Assembly (NCBI GenBank): GCA_951406725.2
Contig: OX597824.1
Span: 59,954,001 to 60,018,000, forward strand
DNA from: Octopus vulgaris
Taxonomy: Eukaryota
Direction of reading: 5' to 3'
DNA length: 64,000 nucleotides
In this document: one piece after another, positions 51,521 through 64,000 of the stretch
How positions within the stretch are numbered: the first letter of the stretch is position 1
Layout: each line of letters opens with the position of its first letter
Program-made: the position numbers and the translations under genes
The notes under the pieces: generated by a model
Database searches by the model: none
Told to the model about the DNA's origin: nothing
What the model saw: the letters and a program-made list of their open reading frames with translations, nothing else

Positions 51521-54300
51521 TCAGGTGTAGTGTTGGCGAATCTCAGAAAGCATGGAAGTTTTGAAGGATGCAGTGCTCCGACAACTAACAACTGATGCCG
51601 GCAGTTTGTTCCATGCTTCAGCAACTCTCAGCGTGAAAAAATGTTTCCTGAAGTCATAGGAGCTGTGCTGTTTTCTGACTTTGTAAATATGTCCACGGGT
51701 GTTAGACAGGTGGAGTTTGAAAAGGTGCTCAGAGTTATTGTTTGTACGATGGTTGATAATTTTATGTGTGTCTGCTAAGTCAGCTGCCAGACGTCGGAGT
51801 TTCAATGTGTCCATACCCAGGGAAGTAAGGCGTTCAGGATATGGCAAATGCCTGATGGAGGGTATTCTTTTGGTTGCACGTCGCTGAACAGCTTCCAGAC
51901 GATTGATATCCTGGGCAAGATAGGGGTTCCAGAGCGGTGATGCAAATTCCAGGTGAGGTCTTACCATAGCTATATAAAGCCGCAGATAGATAGTCGGAGA
52001 GTGGCTCACAAAGGTGGTGAGTGATGCCAAGACACCCTCAGCCTTCTTGACAATTTTAGCGATGTGTTTTGTCCAACGCAAATCACTGTCGATAATAACA
52101 CCCAGGTCACGTTCACATGAAGACTTTTTGAGACTAGTGTTGTGGAGGGAGTAGGTGGACGCTGGGTTTCTCCTCCCAAAATGCATGGTGGTACATTTGT
52201 CCACAGCCAGCTTGAGTTGCCAGTTCATGATCCACTGCTGCATTGTGTCCAGGTCTGCTTGCAATAGAGATCTATAGTGTACAGGGTCTGACCTCTTTAT
52301 TTCAAGGTACAGCTTGAAGTCATCTGCATATTTCAGTACTGTGGCATTCTTTAAGTTGGCATCTATGTCATTAACATATGCAACAAATAAAAGGGGGCCA
52401 AGAACAGATCCCTGTGGTACACCAGATGTCATCTCATAGGGCGAAGAGTGCTGTCCTAGAACTGTGACAACCTATTTTCAGCCGAAAATAAAGGACTTAA
52501 ACCAGTTATAGAGTTCGTCTCTTACACCCAACGCAGAAAACTTCACCATAAGTCTTTTGTGTGGCACAGAGTTAAAGGCCTTAGCAAAGTCCAGGTAAAC
52601 AACATCCACCCTGGATCCGCGATCAGTGATTTGGGTAACGTCCTCAAGAAACTCGATGAGTTGATTACAGCAGCTGGAGTTAGGAATAAATCCGAATTGT
52701 GACGGCTGGATGAGGCTGTGAGACTTCCAGAAGTTCCAGAGGGTTTCTCTGATACAGGATTCCATCAGTTTGACGATGCAGCTAGTAAGACTAACGGGGC
52801 GATAGTTGACAGGTAATGTGCGGTTGCCTTTTTTGAACAGAGGGATGACACTGGCAGTTTTCCACTGTTCTGGAGTAACACCATTGTTAAGACAGAATTG
52901 GAAGAATAGAGAAAGTTGGCTTAGAAGAAAGTACCCACCGCATTTGAGAAGTAGGTATGTAACACCATTGAGACCAGGAGAGGCATAGTTGCGTTTATTC
53001 TTAAGGTGGCGTTGTAGCATTGCTGGTGTAAATTGCATAGTAGATATGGAGTCCGATGTCAGTGGTGATGAAGACGGAACATTTTGGTCTTCGACAGTAA
53101 AGATGCCGGCATAGCATCCAGCAATGATTTCTGCACATTCTTCAGGATTGCCAGTAATCTGTCCTGTGTGGGGATTGCGAAGGGGACCAACTGGAGAGTG
53201 GGGTCTCTGCTTTGAGTGCACATACTTCCAGAACACTTTGCTGTCAGGGTTAGCTGCAATGCGTTGTTCAAATTCGAGCACTGCCTTTTTTGTCACCTGC
53301 TTGAAGTGGTTGGCTGACCTATTGCGCTTTTTCCTGTTGCTCTCTGATTTGTGCAATTTGTATTCCTGTTCAGCATTACGGCGTTCTTTCCTGGCAAGTC
53401 GGATTGCTGCAGTCTCCCAAATTGCACTATTGGGTGGTTTTTTGTGCTTGCGTGGTACTGATGCTTCACATGCTGCCCATATTGAATTCAGAATGTTCTG
53501 GAGTATAGTGTCCACATCTCCAGAGGCATAAAATTCGAGCCAGTTTGGGCGTTGCAGCTCAATACAATAAGAGCTCCAGTTTGCTTTATTCCAGTCAAAG
53601 CGGGCAGTCTGAAGATGGTTGTGTTTTTTGTTACTACCAATCAGAGACAAGTCGACCATGATCATGGAATGATCAGAGTCACCTAAAAGTTCTTCGGTAG
53701 TGACACTAATGATTGTTTCAGGAGAAACGGTAAGTAGCAGATCCAAAGTGTTGTTACCCCTTGTGGGGGAGGTAACAACTTGGGACCAATTTGAATTCAG
53801 CACCAGTTCAAGGAAATCGTCTGCACTTTGCGGCCAACGGAAGGCCTCCCAGTCAATCTCAGGGAAATTGAAGTCACCCGCAATATACACATACGTGGCT
53901 GTTTTCATGGCAGCAGCTCTGAAGATATCAAAAAGCTGTGCGTCTTGACGATAATTAGGGGGGGGGGTAAACGACTCCGAGCAGAAGTGTTGACATGGTC
54001 ATGTGTATATTGCAGAAAAATACTTCCTGCTGAGATTGGTTCAAATCATCACAGGGGATTGCTGATAGATTTGATCGAACATAAATCATCACACCCCCTC
54101 CGCGGCGATTAATGCGGTCTTTGCGGAACAGGTTGTAGCCGGCTATGCTGAAAACTCCATCACAGAGTGCAGAGTGTGCCCATGTTTCCATGACTGTGAT
54201 GAAATCTGGGTTGATACTTTTGACGTAGGAGTCAAAAAGATGCACCTTGTTGCATAAACTACGGGCATTCAAAGACAGCAGTTTATATCTGGATTTCAGA
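51521..54300 (-). pseudogene. LINE ORF2 (endonuclease-reverse transcriptase), disrupted
   Basis: One-base frameshift in the G10 run at 53958-53967 and two in-frame stops near 52472-52480. Otherwise contiguous. Confidence 0.9.
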
Positions 54301-54416
54301 TGATGATATACAGGGGATAGCTGATTGTTCTTGGTTAGTTTCCCAAGATTTTTGTATTGCCAGTTGTTGTTGCGGGTGTAGTCTGCTCAGTCCAACTAGC
54401 ATCCCTTATCCACGAC

Positions 54417-55392
54417 TCACCAGAATTTCCAGATTTGCCCATCATCGCGGAGGCTAAAACTCTCCTGTGGCACAGAGTTGCGATTTAGGGAAGCTACAGA
54501 TCTTAGCTTTGGGCGTACATCGGGTGGTAGGCCAGGACGTGTTCTAAAGTTGATTATGTCGTCACGTCGAGCTCTATCAGCAACCAGATGGAATGTCCGC
54601 ACCTCAGTAAAGCCCGTAAACAACAGCCTGATCAGCCTGGATCCCGGTCGGCCAAGGCGGGAAGCACTTTTTGGAGGGACACAGCTGAGATCCCTAGCTG
54701 TGTTTCCAATGAATGCCTGCAGATCTACCACATCTTCTGGCACTCCGATGGCTATTAATTCATGAGTGGCTGGTTCAGCAACTCCCTCGATGCGTTGAGG
54801 TTCTGTACGAGCTACAGGTAAATTGCTGAGCAAAGCATGTACTTAAGCTGGAATGATCAATTTTTGTTGTCGAAGAGCAATAGGGGAGGAAGACTCAGGG
54901 GGCTTAAGTTTCTGTTTTTGTTGATGTTCTTCAACATGAATGGCCGATTTCTGTTGCTGTTGTTGAAGAGTGACAGGGGAGGAAGACACGGGCGGCTTCA
55001 GTTTTTGCTGTTGTTCTTTATCAACAAGACTGGTTTTGGGAGACAAAGTAGTTGGTTTTTGCTGTTCAGCAGCAATGGCAGCGGAAGACACGGATGTCGG
55101 GTTTTGTTGTTGCTGTTCAGCAGCAATGGTGGCAGGGGACACACAAGTCAGGCACTGAAACGACCAGTTTGGTAGCTGGACCATTTCCCAGAGTTTATCC
55201 ATCATAGAAGTATGGTGTCCTTTCTTTTGACCTGGGATCTTCTGAAAGTTTGTGGCACATTGAAAGCAGATCGAAACACGACCTTTACTGCATTCAACCC
55301 ATCTATTTCGGAAGGAATTTTCGAGTTTTGTGCATAGATGACAGATGTGATTTGCCGGGCAACGTTCTATTTTAGGACAGCGACCAGTTTTG
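54417..55392 (-). pseudogene. LINE ORF1 (PHD-like Cys motif, Q-rich tandem repeats)
   Basis: ORFs 54843-55403 and 54417-54833 are in frame, separated by one TAA. CxxC...WVEC...CxxC...FQCxxC pattern. Confidence 0.7.
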
Positions 55393-55430
55393 TATATATA
55401 CATATATATATGTATATGTATATATGTATA

Positions 55431-55469
<39 letters not shown>

Positions 55470-55580
55470 ATATGTTACATTACTCGATAGTCAAGTAATG
55501 TAACATTATTGTATAGATAAATTTCCTCTATTTACATAATATTGAGGTCTCTTTCTTTCTTTTATTATCTTACCGTTTTA

Positions 55581-55713
<133 letters not shown>

Positions 55714-55778
55714 TATATAGAAGGAGCTTCTACAGGACTAGAACTGTTTCATTCAAGAGAAATCTTCAGGAAGCTCAG

Positions 55779-55831
55779 GAGCTTCCTGAAGATTTCTCTT
55801 GAATGAAACAGTTCTAGTCCTGTAGAAGCTC
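55779..55831 (+). ncRNA. Type I hammerhead ribozyme motif (mirror copy on the minus strand at 55724-55776)
   Basis: Stem I GAGCTTC/GAAGCTC, core CTGAAGA, stem II TTC/GAA, GAAA, stem III ACAG/CTGT, cleavage triplet GTA. Confidence 0.7.
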
Positions 55832-55913
55832 CTTCTATATAATAAATTAATTTTACTCTGCTATGTATTGAGTACCTTATTTACTGTGGTTAACCCCGAA
55901 TCAACCCGGGACC

Positions 55914-55975
<62 letters not shown>

Positions 55976-56004
55976 CATACATATATATATACATATATAT
56001 ATGC

Positions 56005-56037
<33 letters not shown>

Positions 56038-58227
56038 TATATAGTATATTTGTGAGTGACAGCAGTTATATTTACCAGATGCCTTCACTAAGCAGAATAA
56101 TATGTTCGCCACTTGACCCTTCCAACCTGTTCTATTTTACCAAAAGTTACAATTGAGATAACAGGTACCAGAAATCTCTTGTTCTCAACAATATGTCCAT
56201 CTTTCTAACTAGTTTTGGATAGTTATAAAAACAAGAACTCCGTAAGCTAAAATCAGTTAGTGAGAGTGACTGAATGGCTCAAGCGAAATGCTATTTCGAC
56301 TGATGTAACTTCACAGAGTGACAACTATGGAATTAACCAACGTAGATGCTGTCTCATCCTACACTCTCACTTTTATCAACTCAATTTCTTTTCTCTGCAA
56401 CATTACCATATCTCTCTATATATACTACTATGAGATCATGTACACACATATACAGGCCGAAATTAACTCTTTTTACTTTACATGCTTTACAAACTGTGTT
56501 ATACTATTTCACCAGCCTACCCATTGTGGTGTGGTATATATTAAAGTAACGGTAAATAAATATCTCTTTACAACTTCAATCGCTGTTCTTCTTCCAACTT
56601 GCATACTGGTAACCAACACCTTAACAACAACCGTTACAGTTGGTGAAGACTCCGACGTTCCATCCCCTTGTTTATCAATTATTGTTCAACCATTACATAT
56701 TTATATATGTAACAACTAAAAGAACACTACATAAATGTTACATCAACACTTGAATATGATTAAACATCACCTTTAGGGACCGAGACTTGTTATTTTTTAA
56801 GAATTCTATTTCATATATTTATTTACTGTAACACGTTAATTTAGTTTCCTTAGCTTAATTCTATTAATATGCTATAATGCTTTTGTTTTGCACCAGAGAG
56901 TGCAAAATCGTTTTGATTATGAAAGCATTGAGCAAGATAACTCTCACTATATGAGAGCGTGTACGATAATTTTAATTAATCGCGGCCATCACAGCCCACA
57001 GGTGAGGTACACCACGTCGAACAAAGTCATAGAAAACCAAACTAAGGCAAGGGCGACAAATCGAAATAAAATTAATTCTATAGTTCTTTGTTGAGCGGAT
57101 CGACATTTAAACGTTTAGATCGTAGGTATATCGATACACTAGGTTTGGTATTATTCCCAATGTCTTACACTCTGTTATTTCTTTACTTATAGGTAGTTTG
57201 TATAAAAATATATGCACATAGTATTAAAAATTAAAAGGCAGTTCACTTGAAAACAGATTATCGGAGATAGATGGTTGGCATCATTGCCTTGTAGAGTTGT
57301 AAATGAGTTCATTGGTGTTCTTTAAGTCCCTAGTTGTTTTATTTAGTTTTTAAAGGCAAAAAAAAAAATGATTGATAACTAATCGGTAACAACAATGATT
57401 TTGAATGCAGCTGATTGAAAAACATATTCTAGTAATTGAGTATTTGTGTAGATTTGTTGAAGCTGAAGCCGTGTGACTGAACGAATAATAATAAATTTGG
57501 TAGATATAAACATTCAGTATTTTGAAACCGTTATTTGTTTTGCACATAATGCAGCAGAATCCGACATATAACAACTAAGGATATGACCTGCTGAAACTGA
57601 ACTATCACATTCAGATACGAAAGTCCCAATCAATTAAAATACATAGTGAGTAAAGTTGAGAAGAGAAAGACACAATGAGATCTTTGAACTTATTTTTAAA
57701 AAAATTATTTAGGGAAGAATAATTCATGCGTCTCCAAGATAAATAGCCACAGGAAAATAGTTGTGTATACACAAGGATGTGGACGTATATAATTGGTTGG
57801 GCAAAGCAATATAAAGCTCGAGGAGAATAGCTCAGGTATATCATCTGCATAGTAGAGCAATAGCATAGTGCAAACTTACTTTATGTGAACGCCCTCTAAA
57901 TTACTCTAGCAATTATTATTTAGTGTCGGTCTTGGGTGTCTTTGACAGAATATTTTGTTACAAACATACAGATCAACTATTACTTGGTTCCATTCCCAGA
58001 ACGTTTTACCTGTAGCTATTCAGGCTGAACATCATCGTGAAAAAGCACCATAAGCAAACAAAGATGATGGGCACTATCCTCCCCTACGTAGACTCCTACA
58101 AATTTTATACAAGGATAAAACTATTAGGTGAAAAATGCCTTTGATGGCAATGGCAAATACAATCCATAAAAATTAGTGAAATTTTATTTCAAAGACATTA
58201 TATTTCACCTGACACCGGTTAGGGAAG

Positions 58228-58655
58228 ATGGCCAACTCTGATAGTTCGCTAATTGATATGAAATATAAACAGAATATTGACGAACGCATTGAAACTGCAA
58301 AGACTTTGAAGAATGAAGGTAACGAATTTTATAAAGAGAAGAAGTACAGACAGGCGACTGGCAAATATCACCGAGCATTACTTCAGCTGAAGCTGAATAT
58401 GGACAACGTTTGTCGTCCTCTCACCGACTGTCTCCAACAGTCACCAGACTCATTTCCTTCTTACAACGTCCCAGTAGATTATCGTCAAACCATTTCAGCT
58501 ATTCAGGCCGATTGCTACAATAATTTGGCTGGTTTGTACTATTTTTTGATAAATATACATATAAACACACACATTAAACCTTTCTTTGTTCTTTGCTAGT
58601 TCACCGATTGAAGATTTCCGTTTGTTCGGGTATGGAAAAGTAACCGACTTCAACC

Positions 58656-58688
<33 letters not shown>

Positions 58689-61600
58689 TGTGTGTGTTAT
58701 ATATGCAATTAAAATATGTAATATATATTTTATATATAATTTAACACACATAATTCATAGTATAAGATATATATTATATGAATGTTATATAGATAGCATA
58801 TATTTACACACACACGTAAACAGATACCCCACAAAACACCGTTTTATGTTTATTCTAACTTCTAAAGATTTATATTTTTTATTAATCGACATTTTTATGT
58901 TTCGGGTTTTATATATGACTGTTTAATCATGCCATGTAGAAAAGAAGCCTTGGGACTGTTTGAATTTCAAAGAGGCCGTATTGTGAGTCGTAAAATCGTA
59001 AAATTGCTGAAAACCTTGGGATCCTGCTTTCTACAGTTAATAGAGTGATTTTGCAATTTACCAGAGCGAGGCAGGAATCCACATTACCTCGCCCAGATCA
59101 ACCAGGGCCCTTTGACAGGACCCTTCTCTTTGTTAAGAGAAATGTGTCGGATAATCCTCGTAGCAAGGGTTCTGACATAGCAGAACAGCTGTCAGGTAAC
59201 TTCACAAACTTGGTTACTATGGCAGAGCAGCAAGATGGAAGCCACTTCTTCAACCAGCTAACCTCAAGCAGAGAAAAGATTGGGCCAGTGAGATGGTGGA
59301 GAGGCCACTAGCATTTTGGGACACTGTCATATTCTCTGATGAGTCCAGATTTGCTGTATTTGCTGACAGTGGTTGAGTGTGGGTCTGGAGACTGTGATCA
59401 AGAATTTGATGTGAAAAGATTGCAGCCAACAATGAAACACGGCAGCTGTTCTGTGATGGTCTGCGTAGCAATTTGAAGCAATGGTTGATCAGAGCTGGTA
59501 GAGTTGAAGGGAAACATAAACTCAGATAAATATGTGTCCATATTGCAGAAAGGACTCCTTCGAATATTCCCCAGTGGTGAAATGATTAAAGAAGAGTATT
59601 TATAGATGGGGCTCCTTGTCACACGGCTACAATGACCCAAGATTTGATGGATGAGAATGGCATTAAAAAGATTCCATGGCCAAGCCAGTCACCAGATGTG
59701 AAGCCTATTACACACCTCTGGGACGTAATGGACAAGACACTTCATAAATTCAACAAGAAAGCGTTTTCAATGCCAGGTCTTTTGAGATTACTGCATGAAA
59801 TTTTGCAAGAGAATATTTGTCATTTGATCAGTAGCATGCCTAATAGGGTCCTTGCATTGAAAAATGCAAAGGGCATGTCTACTAAATATTAAATATTCAC
59901 ATTATAGCAATTAATAAATAATTTGAATGTATAATTTCAGATTTAACTAAATTTTAATGATTATGAGGGTGTCTATTTACTTCTGTCATGTATGTGTGTG
60001 TGTGTTTGTTCTACCTTCCATGGTATTTGAAACTGCATACTAATGTTTCACAGATATAATTATAAATTAGTAATTTTAATAACTTCAGCTTTCCAATGTG
60101 TCCCATTTGTACAGCATTATTACAGAGAGCTGAGTGTGAAAGTGTGTGTTTGTGTGTCTGGGAAGAGAATTATTATGAGTCATGGAAGGATAGAGGTTAC
60201 CACTCCATTGCAGCTATCACTTTTTCAACATCTCCTTATCTTCAGTTTTCCATTTTACTCCAAGAAGTCCTTGGACATTTTTTTTTTTCATATGCAGATA
60301 GATACATAGAGATGTCTGTACGTGTGTAGTATATATTTACAGTATATGCATAGGTAGGGCTGTGTGGTTATGAGGTTCACTTCCCAACCACATAGTTTTA
60401 GCTTCAGTCCACTGTTGCTATTGAGTGTCTTTTACTATAGCCTCATCCTAACCAAAGCCTTGTAAGTGGATTTTGTAGATGAAATCTAAAAGAAGCCTGT
60501 TTGTGTGTGTGTGTATGTATGTATCATCATTATTTAACATCTATTGTCCATGCTGGCATGGGTTGGAATGGTTTGACCAGGCTGGTACACTGGAAGGCTG
60601 CACCAGATTCCAGTCTGATTTGACATGGTTTTCTGCAGCTGGATGCCCTTCCTAACAGCAACCACTCCAAGAGCATAATGGGTGCTTTTACATGCCACTG
60701 GCATGGGTGCCATTTGCATGACAAATGGGGTGCTTTTATGTGCCACCAGCCTGGGTGCCAATTTGCATGACATCAGTTTCTGCCACAATTTTGCTCAGTT
60801 TGATGAGTCTTCTTCTCAAGCACGACATAATGCCAAAGGTCTTGGTCATTATCTCTGTGAGGCCCATCATTATCATCATACCTGGCATGGGTTGGGTGGT
60901 TATGATAGGAGCTGATCAGCTGGTGAGCTGCCCAGGCTCCATGTCTGTTTTGGCATGGGTTCTACAACTGGATGCCCTTCCTAACACAAACCACTTTACA
61001 GAGTGTACTGGGTGCTTTTTTTACACAGCACTGACACAGGTGCTTTTCTTGGGGCACCAGCATGGACACTTTTACGTGGCACTGGTACTCATGAGCCTGC
61101 AAGATTAGGAAAGTTCAGCTGAAGAGGGATGCAGGGGACATGCCTGTATGCAGGGACAGCCATGTATTTGCTTAGATTGATGTGTCTTTTCAAGCACAGC
61201 AAACTGCCTAAAGTTTTGGTCTCTTGTCATCCGTTTATGAGGCCCAACATCTGAAGATCTTTTCTCACCACTTCATCCCACATCTTCCTGGATCTCACTG
61301 AAACAAAAGCCATTTATTCCAGCAGAAATACAGTAACAAAAATGGTTAATGAACAACATTGCATTTATTTTGATTTGACTATAAAAATACTTCTAACAAA
61401 ACTTATTAAATGTGAATACATTTTTAAGGCTTATTGAAAATCTTGTTATTGCTCTACTTGTAACTTTCAATACAATTAGTTTACTCTTTTTTGTCATTTT
61501 ACTTGTAGCATGTCTGCTTCATAAGGAAGATACCAACTATGATCGCATCATAGAGTACTGTGACTTGGTGTTGGCTATTTATCCCGAAAACTTAAAGGCA

Positions 61601-62577
61601 GCTTTTAGAAAATGCATGGCCCTCTATCACATGAAAAAATATGAAGAAGCTTTGGAAGATTTACAGTCTCTCTCACACAAACATCCTGAAGGTGAATTAT
61701 ATCTCTCATAACTTTATATCAATCACATTCAGGGGATGTATTTTTATAAAGTTTGTTTTTAAGGGCAGTACCATTAATCTTTTTTCAGGGCTTTTCAAGA
61801 CTTGTGGGAGTAAGAGGAGAAGAAACAGTGACTAATAGATTCAGATATCTAGTTTGAATACTTGCAATAGAGTGGATGGAGTCTGCTAAAGGCATTCAAG
61901 TACTTGGTTATAGAAGTATTTAACTGATGGATTAGGTTTAGCACCCAAAGTTACTCCATAAAGGACATAATGACTAAAACTATAAGCTTTACTTAAAAGC
62001 ATTTAACATTAACCAATTTTTTTATTACAAACTCATACTTTCTAGATACCCCACTTCCCCCTATAAACAATCCACATTTTTTATCCAAGTATTTTGTGTA
62101 TCAACCATGTAACCTGCAACAACTATGACAGCACATAGCTATTGGTCTATCAATTATTGACAAAGACAAACAATGAAAAATAGTAGAACAACTAAAACAG
62201 TATAAATTCATTTAATTTATTATTTTATCATTTCATTCAACCTAATATAACAATATTCTGTATGTCAGCCAGCTTACTAATCCTTTATTCTCATCATCAT
62301 TAATTCCTATATTCTCTGATTCTATCTTACTCTTCAGACATCACTATCAAACCTAACAGTATTTTGTACATCAAGCATTTTGGTAATTCTGTATTCTCAT
62401 CATCAATAATTCTTATATTCTCTGTTTCTTTCTTACTCTTCAGACCTAGCCATTAAGCGTTACATCAAACTTTGTGAAGCTGAAGTTCGAAAACATAATC
62501 GAAGCATTAAAAAAACTTACCAAGAAATGTTTAATGAAATGAATAAACACAGCAAGGAAGTGAATGCAGTCCATTAG
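58228..62577 (+). CDS. TTC9C: Tetratricopeptide repeat protein 9C-like (206 aa, 3 coding exons)
   Basis: join(58228..58531,61509..61691,62444..62577), GT-AG, phases consistent. Motifs: KNEGNEFYKEKKYRQATGKYHRALLQL, DCYNNLAACLL, NLKAAFR and a KRYIKL...YQEMF C-terminus. Confidence 0.88.
58920..59990 (+). mobile_element. Degenerate Tc1 transposon in TTC9C intron 1
   Basis: VIFSDESRF, DGAPCH, WPSQSPDVKPITHLWD and SMPNRVLALKNAKGMSTKY, with frameshifts. Confidence 0.85.
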
Positions 62578-62679
62578 ACTGATATAATAGTATACAGGAG
62601 GTTTTATACAATATAAAGACAGACTCTATGAAGAGACTCTCAAGTTCAGGAAAAGTACAGAAATTGTTTGCATCAAAAG

Positions 62680-63035
62680 TATACAACTGAAATATGGACA
62701 AATTTTAAAGGAATTAGTGTGTGTGAAGCCAGGATGAATGGGAAGATGGGGACAATATGAAGACTGTGTATAAGGGCCAAATGTGAGGAGTGTTAGAATA
62801 TAAAGATTGTATGTGAAGTAGACAAAATGTGAGACACTGTGTAAGGATGGTCAACATGTGTAAAACTGATCAAAGTGTAAAAAGTATGTGAGATAGATGA
62901 ACTGGGAAAATTGTATGAAGTATACAAAATTGGAAGATTTTGTGAGGATGGTCAAAATGTGAATGTTATGTATGTGAAGATGGTCATAACATGAAGACTA
63001 TGTGAGGCCTGTATGTAAGGTACATAAAATGTGAA
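62680..63035 (+). repeat. Degenerate tandem repeats of about 30 bp in the TTC9C 3' UTR
   Basis: Recurrent GACTGTGTGAAG/GATGG(A/T)CAAAATGTG units. Confidence 0.45.
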
Positions 63036-64000
63036 AATAAAAGAATGAATTCATGAAATCAATTTACAATTTTTTACTCCATTTTATTGATCATTTTATT
63101 CTAATAAAACAATTTAAAATATCAGTTTATTGTTGGTTGATCTAAAATTGAAATGTAAACTTACATTTATATTTCTAAACAACATAAAATATGCACTTAT
63201 ATTTGATAAAATAATTTCTGTTTAAAAATATAAACAAAACTTTGTTTCACAATTTCAGTATCTATGTTGTGCTGTATCAGGTCTTATTTCTCTGCTTTTA
63301 CCCATTTTAACTCTCACTCTATTTTATGCACACACTAACACTCCCTCCAGAAGGATGACATATCAATGGTTATCAAATACAAATCTGAAATTCGACTGAG
63401 TTTCCAAAATGATGTCAATTAGTTAATACATATGATAGCATACTGAAACTTTGGGAAAATGCAGCTGATGATCAAAATCCAACAGCTGATACAAAGAGTG
63501 AGGCAAAACCAAATTTTAACTTTTATTTTCATGGTTTTGTAATAAAATTCTTGACTTCCATGATGCACTACTTTCATTGGCTTTCATGATGCACTGCTTG
63601 TAATTTAAAATCTCTTTGTGGTAATGTTTTAAGCAGTCAAGAATCATTGGCTAGAATCATTTGAAGCTCAAATGAAACTTGTGAGAAGAATGGAATATTC
63701 TACTAGAAAGGTGATTTGGTTGAAAAAAATCTCTGGTGGGGAAAAAAAGTTAATGATGTAGGATTAGCTGCAACAGAAAAACTAAGTAAGTATTGATAGT
63801 CTCCATAACATACTGGAAGAATGATTTATCTGTAGGGGATTCAAGATTTGTTTATTTTTATTTTTTGTGGACTAGGATTTGATTTTAATAAAAGCAACAT
63901 CTTTCATAACAAATACCTTAGAGAAAAGTCTCAAACATTGTCCCAAACTACCTTATGCTACCATATTTCTGTTGGCTTTGTTTCACATAATTTTGAAAAT

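Larger units (their letters stand above)
51384..55392 (-). mobile_element. Near full-length CR1-clade LINE (ORF1 plus APE-RT ORF2), inactivated
   Basis: Cys-rich ORF1. ORF2 has NARSL, GDFN, LDLL and SDH (APE), then NYRPVSL, YLDFAKAF, GVPQGSVLGP and YADD (RT). (ATT)n tail; flanked by (TA)n on both sides. Confidence 0.93.

Noticed and set aside
53958-53967. Programmed frameshift in LINE ORF2
   Set aside because: It is a homopolymer at the YRPP motif, so slippage or sequencing error is more likely, and the ORF has further stops.

Overview
This is AT-rich, repeat-dense eukaryotic DNA. The SINE/RTE/Penelope repeat content and (TA)n tracts suggest an octopus or other coleoid cephalopod (inference). 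Host genes are a complete 14-coding-exon SRP54 (minus strand, 17164-44410, 504 aa), a tRNA-Val(TAC) at 49570, and a 3-coding-exon TTC9C-like TPR gene (plus strand, 58228-62577, 206 aa). The mobile elements include a near-intact Ty3/gypsy element (3158-8459) with a GGGAAAC -1 frameshift and stem-loop, and the 5' LTR plus perfect tRNA-Trp PBS of a second, oppositely oriented gypsy element (618-1198). There is also a near full-length CR1-type LINE inside a (TA)n tract; RTE, R4-like, CR1, mariner, Tc1 and Helitron remnants; several MITEs; and SINE arrays. Three observations stand out. (i) Three different hammerhead-ribozyme-bearing, Penelope-style inverted insertions are present: one has a tRNA-like head, and one is a perfect 69-bp hairpin with an intact core on both strands. 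(ii) Several SRP54 codons differ from the conserved residue by a single A that A-to-I editing would restore. (iii) A duplicated splice acceptor in TTC9C would give a tail-anchor-like C-terminus. Repeat boundaries were read by eye and are approximate unless stated.
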